Shown here: positions 36,901-46,819 of the stretch, piece after piece
Numbering within the stretch: the stretch's first letter is position 1
Layout of the letters: every line of letters begins with the position of its first letter
Position numbers and translations under genes: made by a program
Notes under the pieces: model-generated
Databases searched by the model: none
What the model was told of the DNA's origin: nothing
The model's input: only the letters and a program-made list of their open reading frames with translations
IMG/VR virus record: IMGVR_UViG_3300027908_000080
Coordinates: 1-51,816 of that record
DNA length: 51,816 bases
Strand: one strand, 5' to 3'
Source of the DNA: a virus
Lineage: Duplodnaviria > Caudoviricetes

Positions 36901-39269
36901 GCTTGAGCAATAAATTCATCTAAATTGCCCATTGCATATTTGGTGGTTGAACCTAGCCCAATATTAAGTTGCTGAGCCTTATCTGGGTCTCCAGCAACAC
37001 CTTTGAAAGAGTAATTAAACGAACCATCTTTATTTTGTATTCCAGAATCTTCATAGCCAAACAATTTATTGTGAAGTCCTAAATGTTTCGCTGTCTCAAA
37101 ATAGCTATGAATCAAATCCTTAACATGAGGATTAGAACCAGTTTTCAAATAACTATTAAGTCTATTATAGTGCTCTGCACCTTGACCAGCAAAATGTGGT
37201 ATTTTTTTACTGGTCAAAGAATGTATTGCTTCTTCTAATACTACTCTTGAGTCTCCAGCACTACCAGTTCCAATATTAACTCTATCAGTTATTGGGTCGT
37301 AGTGGGAGCGAAGTCCTTGCATCATCTTTAGAGTCTTTGGATGCAGCCATGTATTATCTTTATCAAGAGAAGGGTCATGATTCCACTTAACACCTAATGA
37401 CTTAGTATCTCCATTCTCATATAGCTCTTTAGCTAATGGAGCAAGTTCATGGTTAGGAGTATTAGCCAATCCATGTAATACTGAACCTGTTGTAGCTTTG
37501 CCAGACAATATATGTTCCTGTAAACTCAATGGATTTAGTATCCTATTCTCAGGAACTTCTGGTGGAGGTAGCCCTTTATTCCTATTCTTAATCTCTTCTA
37601 ACTCCTGATTTATCTTTTGATACTCTGGAGAGGCCATTATCTCCTCAGGGTCTTTAGAAGAGCGGACAAGTTCTTCGCGCCGGAAATTAAGTTCAGTGTA
37701 ACGGTTGTAGTCTGAGAGGGGAGAATTGACGGTATGTATATCCTGTTTTCTTTTTCCATTTAGACCAGAATAATGTTTTAGATTTATATCATTGTAAATA
37801 GCATAGTCTTGTAGAGCTTCTTTTTGTCTGTTAGTAAGTTGTTCAAATGGTTTATTTGAGTCAGACTCAAGAGTATTTGTTTCTTTATTATAAACAACTC
37901 TAAGATTTCCTTGTGATTCATAATCTTTCGCAGCTGGTCTGTCAGAATAAGCAGAATATGATTCTTCATAGTTACCACCCTGACTATTCAAATCTTTTAC
38001 AGCATATAAATCATGCCCATATGAATTGTTAACAGCAGACATTTTGCCTTCTGGTGATACCCAAAAACCATAGGGAATAGACTTTTTTGGCGGACTATTT
38101 ACAACTTGCCCCGACTCCATTAACTCTTTCTGTAATTCCTCTTTTTCGGCGTCACTGAGTTCGGCAGATTTTTGTATTCCACTGGACTCTCCTTCTGCCA
38201 CTGGTGTAGTAGATTCGGGTGTTTGACTGCGAATAGCTTCCACTGTGCTTTTGACTTGATTGGCATATTGTTCTGGTAGTGTTAATGTTTTTCCTTCATC
38301 AGTTATTATTTGTGTATTACCTGTTTCCGGTTCTGCTCCTATCACATGGCCTTGAACTTTAGTTCCGTCAGGCATAGTAGCATGAACTTCGTCGCCATGA
38401 TATAAACCTTTCTGAAGTTCTTCTAAATCTTTGTCAGGCTGTATAATTTGTGGCTTAACAATTCTATCTGGCTGTTGTTCAGTTTCTCCTAGTATTTGTT
38501 TGCCGGCCTGTTCATCAGGTAATAACTGTTGATTGCCATTATTAACCTCTGGTGCTGGTTCATCAGGAGTTCTTCCGTGTCCTATTAGTCTATTTGCCCA
38601 TTCAGCTTGTTTAGAAAACAAAGCGCCACCAATGGCTTGAGAAGCTAGTTCAGAACCAGTTGGTAACTCACCAGTCGTGGCATAGTTAATGCCAGAATTA
38701 ATGGCAGGATTGATGGCACTTTGAAGTAGTGTAGGAGCTATTGCAGCACGGTCTATGGCTGCTTGACCTTCTGAACCAGATAAACCAATAATTCCTCTAA
38801 TAGAACGTAGAGCATTAAGAGATGGTTTACCTCCAGAAGCAAGAGCAGATAATCCTATATCAGTAGCTAAGGCAGTTTTAGGATTTTGTTCTGATGCTTG
38901 TTGAGCAATATCTTGCTGTCGATTATAATAGTCAGTAGGCTCAATAGCCTGTTGAGCTTTCTGTCCAACATAACCTCCACCTAAAGCTCCGGCCGTTCCA
39001 CCTATTATTGCTCCTAATGCTTCTGGAATACCTGTTAAGTCAGCCCCAGGAACTAATGCTCCAAGCGCTGCACCAGATAAAGCCATTCCACCAATAGAAC
39101 CAGCACCACCACCCAATATACCACCAGCATGAGCTTTAGCTATATCACCTATAGTTCCTAATGTTCCAATAGGTTGTTGAGACTGTTGTGGAGGATTATA
39201 GTTAGCTATATCCTCATCAGTCCAACCTTGGGACTTAAGAAATGGTATATCTTGAGAAGGAACTGGCAT
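33939..39269 (-). CDS. Large internal virion/ejection protein (polyvalent-protein-like)
   Basis: 1776 aa; Gly/Ala hydrophobic N-terminus, zincin-like LEEAIH...DEFIAQAL, last gene of the structural arm. Confidence 0.7.
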   Translation of the reverse strand: MPVPSQDIPFLKSQGWTDEDIANYNPPQQSQQPIGTLGTIGDIAKAHAGGILGGGAGSIGGMALSGAALGALVPGADLTGIPEALGAIIGGTAGALGGGYVGQKAQQAIEPTDYYNRQQDIAQQASEQNPKTALATDIGLSALASGGKPSLNALRSIRGIIGLSGSEGQAAIDRAAIAPTLLQSAINPAINSGINYATTGELPTGSELASQAIGGALFSKQAEWANRLIGHGRTPDEPAPEVNNGNQQLLPDEQAGKQILGETEQQPDRIVKPQIIQPDKDLEELQKGLYHGDEVHATMPDGTKVQGHVIGAEPETGNTQIITDEGKTLTLPEQYANQVKSTVEAIRSQTPESTTPVAEGESSGIQKSAELSDAEKEELQKELMESGQVVNSPPKKSIPYGFWVSPEGKMSAVNNSYGHDLYAVKDLNSQGGNYEESYSAYSDRPAAKDYESQGNLRVVYNKETNTLESDSNKPFEQLTNRQKEALQDYAIYNDINLKHYSGLNGKRKQDIHTVNSPLSDYNRYTELNFRREELVRSSKDPEEIMASPEYQKINQELEEIKNRNKGLPPPEVPENRILNPLSLQEHILSGKATTGSVLHGLANTPNHELAPLAKELYENGDTKSLGVKWNHDPSLDKDNTWLHPKTLKMMQGLRSHYDPITDRVNIGTGSAGDSRVVLEEAIHSLTSKKIPHFAGQGAEHYNRLNSYLKTGSNPHVKDLIHSYFETAKHLGLHNKLFGYEDSGIQNKDGSFNYSFKGVAGDPDKAQQLNIGLGSTTKYAMGNLDEFIAQALKDPQFQRVLDGIKTTDGRTVMQKIVDAVRKLLGLSPKAGSMLDRVLRSSGELIKQERPDIMRKRLEYQKARQSEYEEQFNRHVLKEDKEDTYGNGKYYYETKNGGSRPATGNSKTPEIALEKFKGWLNDYLDKKYPGTSQIRDKVSAPPKQTGKSDEVSQEVKVPKEEQSKTPSELNLPPDKYMGRFGLITRAVIDKVRDIPKQSAKYLADHMQMAVDKETELKGKWKNMIVQAGEHLSSFDRKKLMDTFNTEMATRKPATTMLTNAAQRAFYNLARAKLDESGKYRLAIGEPVTQTITDKKGNNIYVQRNLKQDPTYFPGMANQKINEVYRNNTDHAAIDKLDKEFHDYNTKTLGMNEQASKERIDNFKKALQGSIKNSDISHQDYFNAHRKAQGSPLPPSFREVDPVRNLERYFDRAAIDASHYEFMEKDPKVLSSLGQTKDAWGNEVPPNKEGSIANNPAVKAGLNHWRGEARNPSEYNESSISSLVSSGFIAGPPLEVHKVVSNTVKEMIQTTNPSVLIKALVNGIMNIKSGYQHAVENGVVKLTARSASQMISGSSTAAERMQSLARIIRRVSTLNDITTKVGAGLVQSMAEVIIPSKVARANAGDITSQLFIRRLDPTYARGKQYSEQEMQQLASRSANYIHGTGDIRSLPAWMLNDSEFSGFFSLAHWSIAQTNNFMKDTYEPALRGDLKPLLAGVFGATIGGYLIKELRQDIQGKKSPIPSLQEIASSDRGLEGNKGLIGYNMIAAMQYAGFGGLLSQIAKYPFDFAYKNNPQGATFPLDEVVTDTASTLHYVSEAIANDPNVNWVDLAKVVAMHTLSTNFQMGRIAINQGINSGLITGLPAEKKELSDKVGQLRRFDMVEGLPYNDIDEGSNPYMNLEQKKFKYEQDLPTAMKELPQLIQNTIQTYRSNPDVMMSKLQALKENQYSTFPSLEKMPLQFMRYLGYLQREEGSEAAQAELSDYFKHKITNEAKSSVVP

Positions 39270-39271
39270 AA

Positions 39272-40699
39272 TTATTCTCCAAGTAATTTATCTAATTCAT
39301 CAGCCATATCTTGTAATTGGTCATGAGTATAATCAGAAACAACTCCTGCTTTACCTGCATAGTGTTTAGGTGGATTAGTTAAAATAGAAGTTAGTTGTTG
39401 TATTCTAGCATTTTCAGATTGTCTATTATTTATCGATTGTGAGACACTCATCATTGCTGAACGGCTATTAGGATTAGAACTATTTGGAGTTCCTATAGTT
39501 GACGGTATACCTTGTAATAATCTTTGACCAGTAGTTAAAGGTTTGTGAGCCTGATTATTATCTAGCCAGCTACCTCCTGCACCATGAGGAGTGTTATCAT
39601 CTACTGGAATACCAGAACGATATAATTGTCCTTTTTCATCAGTATGATAATCTGTGCTGCCAATCAAAGGATTAATTGGTTGTTGAATTTGAGGCTTAAC
39701 TGGATATTGATTTCCTGAAGGTGCTGTAGTAATTCCACCACCCATCATACTATTTAGTCCTCCATTCATCATCCAAGATGCTCCAGCAGGAGAAGACATA
39801 GAGGCCGGTAAGTAACGACCAGGAGTTATATTTCCTAGAGAACCTCCATTTGGATTAATATTTATATTAGCTGCAAAAGGATTGGTTGCTATTAAAGGAT
39901 GCTCAGCCTGATATAATCCACCTATAGCTCCGGCTTCTTGTGCCTGAGCGTCGTAAGGAGCAGTAGCAGAACCAGCTTGCGCACCTATTAAAGCACTATT
40001 ATTCAAATAAGGTATTCTTTGAGCTAATCCATATTGTTGCTGTATATCATTTTGTAATCCAATATTCTGTGAGCCTGCAATTAGTTGAGGATTACCTAAT
40101 TGATATGCTTTAGCAGCTTCTGTGGCTCTATTTGCTGCCTCATTAGATTGAGCAATGTTTGAAGCTACATCAGTAGAAGCAGTAATTTGTGGTAAACCCT
40201 GATTAATTCTTTGTATATCAGTTCCAGTTCCTATCAGAGAAGGAGCAGTAAAATTACCACCAGTTGTGGTTATAGCATTCTGCTGATTAGGAAATAACGA
40301 CTGTTCATTAGGACTTAAAGTTTGATAATCCTTACCTGCCTCTGTTCGTCCTATAGTTCTCTGCAAGTCTGCTACATTCTGAGCATTATTCTGATGTGCA
40401 ACCCAATCTGCCATTTGAGGATTAGAGTTAGCTAGCGCATTAGAGTATGGAACATAAGGACTATTAGAATAATTACCTTGTTTAGCAGCATTGTATTGTT
40501 TAGCTATAGAAGGATTAGGATTATCTTTGCTATGAACTATATTTCCATCTTTATCATATATCTGCTGGTCAGCACCAGTCAATCCATTGTCTGTATACCC
40601 AAGGGTAGAATTTTGTTGAGGATTAGAGGCTGCTCCTTTGTTAGCACGGTCTTGCCATTGATTAACTAAATCAAAAATCTGCAGAGGATTCATTGGCAT
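39272..40699 (-). CDS. Putative ejection/internal virion protein
   Basis: 475 aa, Q/N/A/G-rich, position. Confidence 0.55.
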   Translation of the reverse strand: MPMNPLQIFDLVNQWQDRANKGAASNPQQNSTLGYTDNGLTGADQQIYDKDGNIVHSKDNPNPSIAKQYNAAKQGNYSNSPYVPYSNALANSNPQMADWVAHQNNAQNVADLQRTIGRTEAGKDYQTLSPNEQSLFPNQQNAITTTGGNFTAPSLIGTGTDIQRINQGLPQITASTDVASNIAQSNEAANRATEAAKAYQLGNPQLIAGSQNIGLQNDIQQQYGLAQRIPYLNNSALIGAQAGSATAPYDAQAQEAGAIGGLYQAEHPLIATNPFAANININPNGGSLGNITPGRYLPASMSSPAGASWMMNGGLNSMMGGGITTAPSGNQYPVKPQIQQPINPLIGSTDYHTDEKGQLYRSGIPVDDNTPHGAGGSWLDNNQAHKPLTTGQRLLQGIPSTIGTPNSSNPNSRSAMMSVSQSINNRQSENARIQQLTSILTNPPKHYAGKAGVVSDYTHDQLQDMADELDKLLGE

Positions 40700-40702
40700 A
40701 GA

Positions 40703-41833
40703 TTAAACCTTTCTCCAAATATTAAACCAAAATAAACGTATTGGTATTGTTACCCATCCAAACTTACATAGTCTACTCATCCATTTACCATTATAAGAAA
40801 TAGGTTTAACCATAAACAAATTAACAAAGAGCCGCACTGAAGTATGTTGTTTCATTAATGGAACTAACCATTTAGCCATTCTTTTGTATCCTTCTGCAAT
40901 TCTAGGCTCTTCTTTGTAATAGTAATCTCTCCAATAACGAACATAGTTAGGCAATGCTCCATTATAAGATTCTAAAAATATGAAGCAGCAAAGATTTGAA
41001 CCAATACCTTGTAACTCTCCTTGTGAGCCACCAAGAGCTCCAGTTAATTGATTGGTATTAGTAAGACCCATAGCATTATTCTGAACTCCAAATAATCCAC
41101 TTAATAAGCCATTGCTGCCTGCTAGAGCATTAGAAGCACTTCCAGCTTGAGTTCCAGAATTAGCACCAAATGTATTAGATGTTCCAACATTAGGTTGTCC
41201 GAGAGCAACATTAACTGGATTAAATCCTGCATTTCCAGAGGCAGCGTTAGCAACATTAGAAGCTGCATTAGTAGCATTATTCATAAGTCCAATCTTATTA
41301 TTAAATGCTCCACCAAAATTCATTGCATTAGAAATAGCATTAGTATTATTAAGTAATCCAAGATTACCAGTTCCAGCATTAGATTGATTAAGAGAGCGTT
41401 CTGTTGCATTATATTCCCCAGGACTTAGACCTTGCAAGTTAATAGCATTAATGGCATTTCCAGCACCTAATGAGGCATTATTAATAGCATTATAGTATGC
41501 AGGGTTTAATAATTGATTAAGATTTTGGGCTGCTCCTGCTGCTTGTCCACCTGCTCCTTGAATCTGAGCAAGATTAGTTTGTGCTCCTCCTAATGCTGCA
41601 GCTTGTGTAGCAGCACTTTGAGCTTGTGCTGTGGGTATTCCGTATTGCTCTAACTGCTGTAAAGTTAGAGCATTATATCCTGGTTGTGTATTTTGTGCAG
41701 CAGTTAAAGCCCCCTGAGCTAAGCCTGGAGTTCCTGCTGCCGTCTCCTGCAAGATAGCAGGAAGATTTTTAGTGTATGCTGCAATTGCTTGAGCATCATT
41801 TGTTGAAGGATTTACTGCGCCTGGACTTGACAT
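40703..41833 (-). CDS. Putative DNA pilot/ejection protein with a CFI-box-like basic C-terminal domain
   Basis: A/N/G-rich body; abrupt CCFIFLESYNG..VRYWRDYYY..GY tail. Confidence 0.55.
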   Translation of the reverse strand: MSSPGAVNPSTNDAQAIAAYTKNLPAILQETAAGTPGLAQGALTAAQNTQPGYNALTLQQLEQYGIPTAQAQSAATQAAALGGAQTNLAQIQGAGGQAAGAAQNLNQLLNPAYYNAINNASLGAGNAINAINLQGLSPGEYNATERSLNQSNAGTGNLGLLNNTNAISNAMNFGGAFNNKIGLMNNATNAASNVANAASGNAGFNPVNVALGQPNVGTSNTFGANSGTQAGSASNALAGSNGLLSGLFGVQNNAMGLTNTNQLTGALGGSQGELQGIGSNLCCFIFLESYNGALPNYVRYWRDYYYKEEPRIAEGYKRMAKWLVPLMKQHTSVRLFVNLFMVKPISYNGKWMSRLCKFGWVTIPIRLFWFNIWRKV

Positions 41834-42195
41834 AAAATTTTATTGATTAATTTTGGTGTGTTATGAATACGAAATTTATTACGTTTTTCAGAAAGTATTG
41901 TATAATTGGGATATAGCCTAATCATTCTTTGTATGAAGTTTTTCAATACCCATTTCTCTTTGCATATTATATTTTCTACAAATAAAGTTTTTTCATCATG
42001 AAAAGGTTTAACACAAACTACTCCAACTATTTTATTATCATTATTAGTTGCGAATGCTATTCTATTATCTTTAGAGTATTCTTCAACCATAATAGATAAA
42101 CTTTTAATGCTAGATTCATAGAATGTTCTACAGCCTTTATTTCTATTCGCGATAATAAACTTAACTAAATCACCTATAGTAAATTGATTGTTCAT
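41812..42195 (-). CDS. GNAT-fold-like virion assembly protein (probable start 42195)
   Basis: KIVGVVCV...LFVENII; position after the nozzle gene, as for T7 gp13. Confidence 0.45.
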   Translation of the reverse strand: MNNQFTIGDLVKFIIANRNKGCRTFYESSIKSLSIMVEEYSKDNRIAFATNNDNKIVGVVCVKPFHDEKTLFVENIICKEKWVLKNFIQRMIRLYPNYTILSEKRNKFRIHNTPKLINKILCQVQAQ

Positions 42196-44081
42196 TTCAC
42201 ATTCGCCTGTGCTGTTAGTGGTTGCATAGTTTCTGCCTCTGTCATAGTCATAGAGACAGAAGTTAAGTTTCCGCCTGTCCAAGATAATAATACAAATGTT
42301 TTCCACCCTTGAGAAGTGTTAGGAAACGTAAAATACACTGGCTGACAAAGAGTGTTAATATCTGGCATATTAACTGCTCCATTGTAAATAAAGTCTGGAG
42401 GATTATAAGTAATAGTCTTAGGAGTTGAATTAGCTTCAGATATTCTATTATCAGTAAATACTTGACATGAACAGGTGCAGTTACCAGTGATTTCATTAAG
42501 AACCAAACACACATCAGTAAGCTTATGAGTCATCTTAGGGTCATTAGAAATAGCACCCAAACGAACGTAAGCTGTGGCAAAGTTAGGAGAACTATAGAGT
42601 GTGTAGAGATTATCGTCAACTCCTACAGCATATAGAGCTTGAATAGTTAGTTCTATTTTCGCCAACTGTTTAATCGCAACAGGGCATTGTCCTAAATCAA
42701 ATGAACTCCAGCAACTAAGTATTGTATCATATACTGCTATAGCTTGTCCAAATATAGTATTAACTGCATATAACTCATAGTTATCATATAGAATTGCGGC
42801 AGACATAGTTGCATCTTGAACTATATTAGTAAATGCAGATTGTATAATAGCGGAGAAAGCAGAATTACGACCTTCATTCTGTTGTTGTTCTACAGCATTA
42901 AAAGACCTAATTCCTGTCAAATCTATAAACTTAGTATCACCAAGAGAGTCAATTATAGTGCGGTCAGATAAACAAGTATCATTAAATAAGAAGGTTCGAA
43001 TAAATGTATATTCTCCATAAATAGTTGGAGCATTAGGAGTAGTATTCTGTGTGACCACAAAATTAGCATTAGAAGCCGCAACGAATATACCTCCAGATGC
43101 TACAGGTCTTAGGCATACTATCCCTCCAACTCCTACAGAATAACTAGTGGTTGTTGCATCTCCTCCAGCACTAAATACATTAGTTGCTGAAAATGCTCCT
43201 CCACCTGATTGAGCATAGGGAGGAACAGACACAGTAGTTCCAGTCCCAGATATAGGGTCAATATAATTCCATGTTTGTGTAGTAGTATTAGCAGCTAATA
43301 TGTTAGTAACATTAATAACAAAATCTAATGGCCGACCTGAAACAGAGCGATATATGAAATTACCGTCTTGAGATGTAATATACAGCACTCCATTCTCCCA
43401 AGTCATAGAGTTACCTATTGGAACATATTCTCTATTATCTAATGGATTATTGTGAGAATCAGTTGCAACTACAGTATTAGTAGCATCAGTATAAACTATT
43501 GACCACTGAGTAAATGATTGAGTGGTTCGGCAAATAATATTACTGTCTTCATCTAAGAATATAAATTGTGGCTGATTAATATTGTCTTGCACTAATAATC
43601 CTGGTAAATTACCTGCAGAAGCACCAGCAACATTAGATAATTGTATTCCACCCGCCGGATTTGTTGTTCCAGTGTTGGTTGTCCCAGTTGCAGCAATTCT
43701 AATGTAGTTAGTAGTAGCCACTGGAACGAAGGAAGTCCAATATCTAGGAGCAGTTGGTGACATTTGGAAGTTTGGAATTTGCTTCCATCCTGAGTCTAAA
43801 TAATAACGATAGTAAGCAAATCCCGCGACGAAAAGGATAATATAGTTTCCGAAGGTTACTAATTCTTGTTTAATGCCAACTGGAGCAGCAGGGTCTTTAA
43901 CTGATTGGTAAATAGGCTTAAGGGTGTCATAACGATTGCGGACATTAATTCCTAAACGATATTGGTTATATCCAATCTTATATGGATTATCTCCAATCTT
44001 ATATTCAAACATCACAGGTAGGCGTGAATCATCTAGTAGAAGGTTCATGCCAGCGTTGAAGTGAGTTTGAACAAATTTCAT
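42192..44081 (-). CDS. Tail nozzle / tubular protein B-like
   Basis: 629 aa, QTHFNAGMN N-terminus, beta-rich, follows the adaptor gene. Confidence 0.7.
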   Translation of the reverse strand: MKFVQTHFNAGMNLLLDDSRLPVMFEYKIGDNPYKIGYNQYRLGINVRNRYDTLKPIYQSVKDPAAPVGIKQELVTFGNYIILFVAGFAYYRYYLDSGWKQIPNFQMSPTAPRYWTSFVPVATTNYIRIAATGTTNTGTTNPAGGIQLSNVAGASAGNLPGLLVQDNINQPQFIFLDEDSNIICRTTQSFTQWSIVYTDATNTVVATDSHNNPLDNREYVPIGNSMTWENGVLYITSQDGNFIYRSVSGRPLDFVINVTNILAANTTTQTWNYIDPISGTGTTVSVPPYAQSGGGAFSATNVFSAGGDATTTSYSVGVGGIVCLRPVASGGIFVAASNANFVVTQNTTPNAPTIYGEYTFIRTFLFNDTCLSDRTIIDSLGDTKFIDLTGIRSFNAVEQQQNEGRNSAFSAIIQSAFTNIVQDATMSAAILYDNYELYAVNTIFGQAIAVYDTILSCWSSFDLGQCPVAIKQLAKIELTIQALYAVGVDDNLYTLYSSPNFATAYVRLGAISNDPKMTHKLTDVCLVLNEITGNCTCSCQVFTDNRISEANSTPKTITYNPPDFIYNGAVNMPDINTLCQPVYFTFPNTSQGWKTFVLLSWTGGNLTSVSMTMTEAETMQPLTAQANVK

Positions 44082-44091
44082 ATAAGTTCCT

Positions 44092-45063
44092 TTATCTACC
44101 TACTATTCGGTAAGCATACCTATAGTCTCTTCCAAATCCAACCCTATGAACTACAGAATCATGTGGATTCTGAACAAGAGACACTACATCATCAGTTCCT
44201 CGATTCATGTCTTCATGTATCTGAGCTAATGATTGAGTAGCTTTAGCTGAGTAAGCCATCGCTCCTTGTATATCTCCTTTTTCTTCACACCATAGTTGCA
44301 AGACTTTATTAACAATAATATTGTCATATCCTTTAGCTGGAAATTCATCTGTATCATTTGAGAACCAAGGTAAAGCTTTCTTATACAATACTTCTACCCA
44401 TCCAAGTAAAGGATTAACATTTGCTGGATACCAAGGTGAGGTAGATATGTCAACCTCTTGATAACGAGCTTCTAGTTTATCATTAGGTATAGTAGTAACC
44501 AAGTTACCATCTATATCAAATATAACTACATTATATTGATTAACTACATTCTTGGTTACTGATTTAATATCATTAAAACTGTTAGTCGTAACCATTGATG
44601 TTGAAGTCATAGTAATAGTTTCAGTTACATTAGCTGAAACATTACTAGAACCTGTAATAGATACTACAACAGGTGGAGTTTCCACTGCGGGAACTGTAAT
44701 TGTCATTATTGACTGATTGACGATTGCAGCTTGTAAAGCAGTCAAACCTTTAAGTCTCCAATCTCTCCATTCGTCTGGCCAAGAGAATTGGTTATATCTT
44801 GGGCGCATTTGAGATAGTTTCAAAGCTATATGAGAATATGCTTCTCGCATTGCACGAATTTGTCCAACGTATTCAGGTAAAGATATTGTTTGGTTAGAAT
44901 TAATTTTGAAATATTGTTCTTCCAAGCATCCTGCCATGTCAGACTGTTGATACAGTTCTACTACTGCCTCATTAACGAACCTAAGCATAACAGCACGTTG
45001 TGCAGGATTAGTCTGGTTAAGCCCCATCTTATAACTAACTTGTTGTAAAATATACGATAACAT
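44092..45063 (-). CDS. Head-tail adaptor / tubular protein A-like
   Basis: MLRFVNEAVVELY, ISLPE, D.DEFP..Y..II motifs. Confidence 0.7.
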   Translation of the reverse strand: MLSYILQQVSYKMGLNQTNPAQRAVMLRFVNEAVVELYQQSDMAGCLEEQYFKINSNQTISLPEYVGQIRAMREAYSHIALKLSQMRPRYNQFSWPDEWRDWRLKGLTALQAAIVNQSIMTITVPAVETPPVVVSITGSSNVSANVTETITMTSTSMVTTNSFNDIKSVTKNVVNQYNVVIFDIDGNLVTTIPNDKLEARYQEVDISTSPWYPANVNPLLGWVEVLYKKALPWFSNDTDEFPAKGYDNIIVNKVLQLWCEEKGDIQGAMAYSAKATQSLAQIHEDMNRGTDDVVSLVQNPHDSVVHRVGFGRDYRYAYRIVGR

Positions 45064-45064
45064 A

Positions 45065-46159
45065 TTACAAGTATTCAGTTACCTTTATTGATGTTGCGCT
45101 AACAGCAAATAAGTTAGTTCCTCCAACATTAGCATTAAGTGTTACAGTATTAGCATTAGTAGTCTGTCCAAAACGTAAGTAAAATGTTAGTGCTGATAAA
45201 CTAACACTAGCTAGTATACACTGAAAACTTAGCGGAGCAGTAACATTAGCATCTATAGTAATACAGCCCATACCTCCAACAGGTGCAACTGCACCAGTGC
45301 CAGTATAAACTCCCATAAAAGCAGAGGTAGCAGCAGTAACTAATGGATTTGCAAATACTTCAATTAAGAATGTTGAAGTTGCAGATTTAGGTGTAAATAC
45401 TAAAGCTATTCCAGAATCAGTCACACCTGTAGCATTAGCATTTGGGGCAGTAGTATTATTTGCTAGAACTCCAACAGAAGCAACGGCAACAATAGTTTGA
45501 GCATAGGCTACTTGTAATACTCTAGCTCCATTAATAGCCCATTCACAAGCTGTAGCTCCAGCATTAGTTCGGAGGACTGACAGTCCTACTCCACTAGGTA
45601 GCATATCAGTAATTGGTTGAATAGCTTGTGATGCTATATTACTATGAGTAATTGTAGATGCCGCAATCTTAGCTCCAGTTATTGCTCCTCCTGCTACAGT
45701 AGGATTAGGAAATGTTCCAGTAAGGTCTCCACCTGCAGCTCCAGAAGGGGGAAGTCCAGAAGGTGCACCAGTAAGCTTAGAGTATGACAAGTTAGCTATT
45801 TTAACATCTTGAATAGTGTTATCTGCTATCATACTATTAACTATAGAACCAACACCTATTCCTGCTATATTAATAGATTGCCATTGAAGGAACGTAGCAT
45901 CAACAGCAGCATTAGGATTCCACACATAAAACCCTATAGAAGTAGATGACACCCTAAGCCATCCATAGTTCTGCCATTTAGTAGTAGCAGTAGCATTAGG
46001 AACTTGTGGAACTCCTGCAATATCAATAGTAGTTATTACAAATCCTATTCCTGCAAATGGTGCTGCACCAGTAATTAGTTGTAAAAGTTGCGCGCCTGTG
46101 ATTTCTGTATAAGCCGTTGGGTCAAATGGAGCAGATAAATCTTGTGTAGGTATTGCCAT
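45065..46159 (-). CDS. Tail fibre protein
   Basis: GAAGGDLTGTFPNPT, ITGAKIA repeats, RVLQV...SIKVTEY C-terminal domain. Confidence 0.75.
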   Translation of the reverse strand: MAIPTQDLSAPFDPTAYTEITGAQLLQLITGAAPFAGIGFVITTIDIAGVPQVPNATATTKWQNYGWLRVSSTSIGFYVWNPNAAVDATFLQWQSINIAGIGVGSIVNSMIADNTIQDVKIANLSYSKLTGAPSGLPPSGAAGGDLTGTFPNPTVAGGAITGAKIAASTITHSNIASQAIQPITDMLPSGVGLSVLRTNAGATACEWAINGARVLQVAYAQTIVAVASVGVLANNTTAPNANATGVTDSGIALVFTPKSATSTFLIEVFANPLVTAATSAFMGVYTGTGAVAPVGGMGCITIDANVTAPLSFQCILASVSLSALTFYLRFGQTTNANTVTLNANVGGTNLFAVSATSIKVTEYL

Positions 46160-46165
46160 AATATA

Positions 46166-46819
46166 TTAAGGATTAAGGATTGGTTGAGATGGGACTGGCC
46201 ATGTTAGAGGTAAAAGAAAGACGGATGATACTGTTGTTACAGTTGGGGGAGGGTTTGTCGCTCCCATGCCTACTGCCCAACCTGTGGCTAAATCTGGTGT
46301 AGCTACATTGCTAGAACTTGTATAATAAGATAAAGCTGTGCCAATAATCCATGAGCCAAATCCACCAGTCCAGTTTATAGTATTTATTCCACTCTGATAT
46401 AAATTTTTACCATTGAACTGCCCATTTAATGTATAAGTTCCATTAATTGATGGAGTTCCTGCACCACTTACAATAATACTACCACTAAGTGCAGCGTCTT
46501 TAAATGATGTAACAATAGGGTCACTGTTTACTAACGTATTATCTACTCCATATCTGTAATCGATAGCTTGTAGAACAGAAGTAGTAAACTGTAGTGGAGT
46601 TAATTGTCCCACTGTTACTAAATCTGTTGACCATACTTCAAACCTAAAGTTTTTAGCTATCTTTTGACCAGAATACAAAGGTATATTTTCAAACACCACT
46701 TCTCCTACACCTTTCCACATAGCGTATCGGAACATATTATTGTTCCCATCTACCCAACTAATAGTTAGCATATAGTTAGGCTGGAAATTGGCAGGTAGGT
46801 TTGTTAGATTAGTTATCAC
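46166..46819 (-). CDS. Virion structural protein
   Basis: 217 aa; IIVSGAGTPSINGTY...W module. Confidence 0.55.
   Translation of the reverse strand: MITNLTNLPANFQPNYMLTISWVDGNNNMFRYAMWKGVGEVVFENIPLYSGQKIAKNFRFEVWSTDLVTVGQLTPLQFTTSVLQAIDYRYGVDNTLVNSDPIVTSFKDAALSGSIIVSGAGTPSINGTYTLNGQFNGKNLYQSGINTINWTGGFGSWIIGTALSYYTSSSNVATPDLATGWAVGMGATNPPPTVTTVSSVFLLPLTWPVPSQPILNP

Noticed and set aside
33939-39269. Virion RNA polymerase (N4- or crAss-like)
   Set aside because: No DxDxD double-psi or T7-type polymerase motifs recognised, and it is shorter than those enzymes
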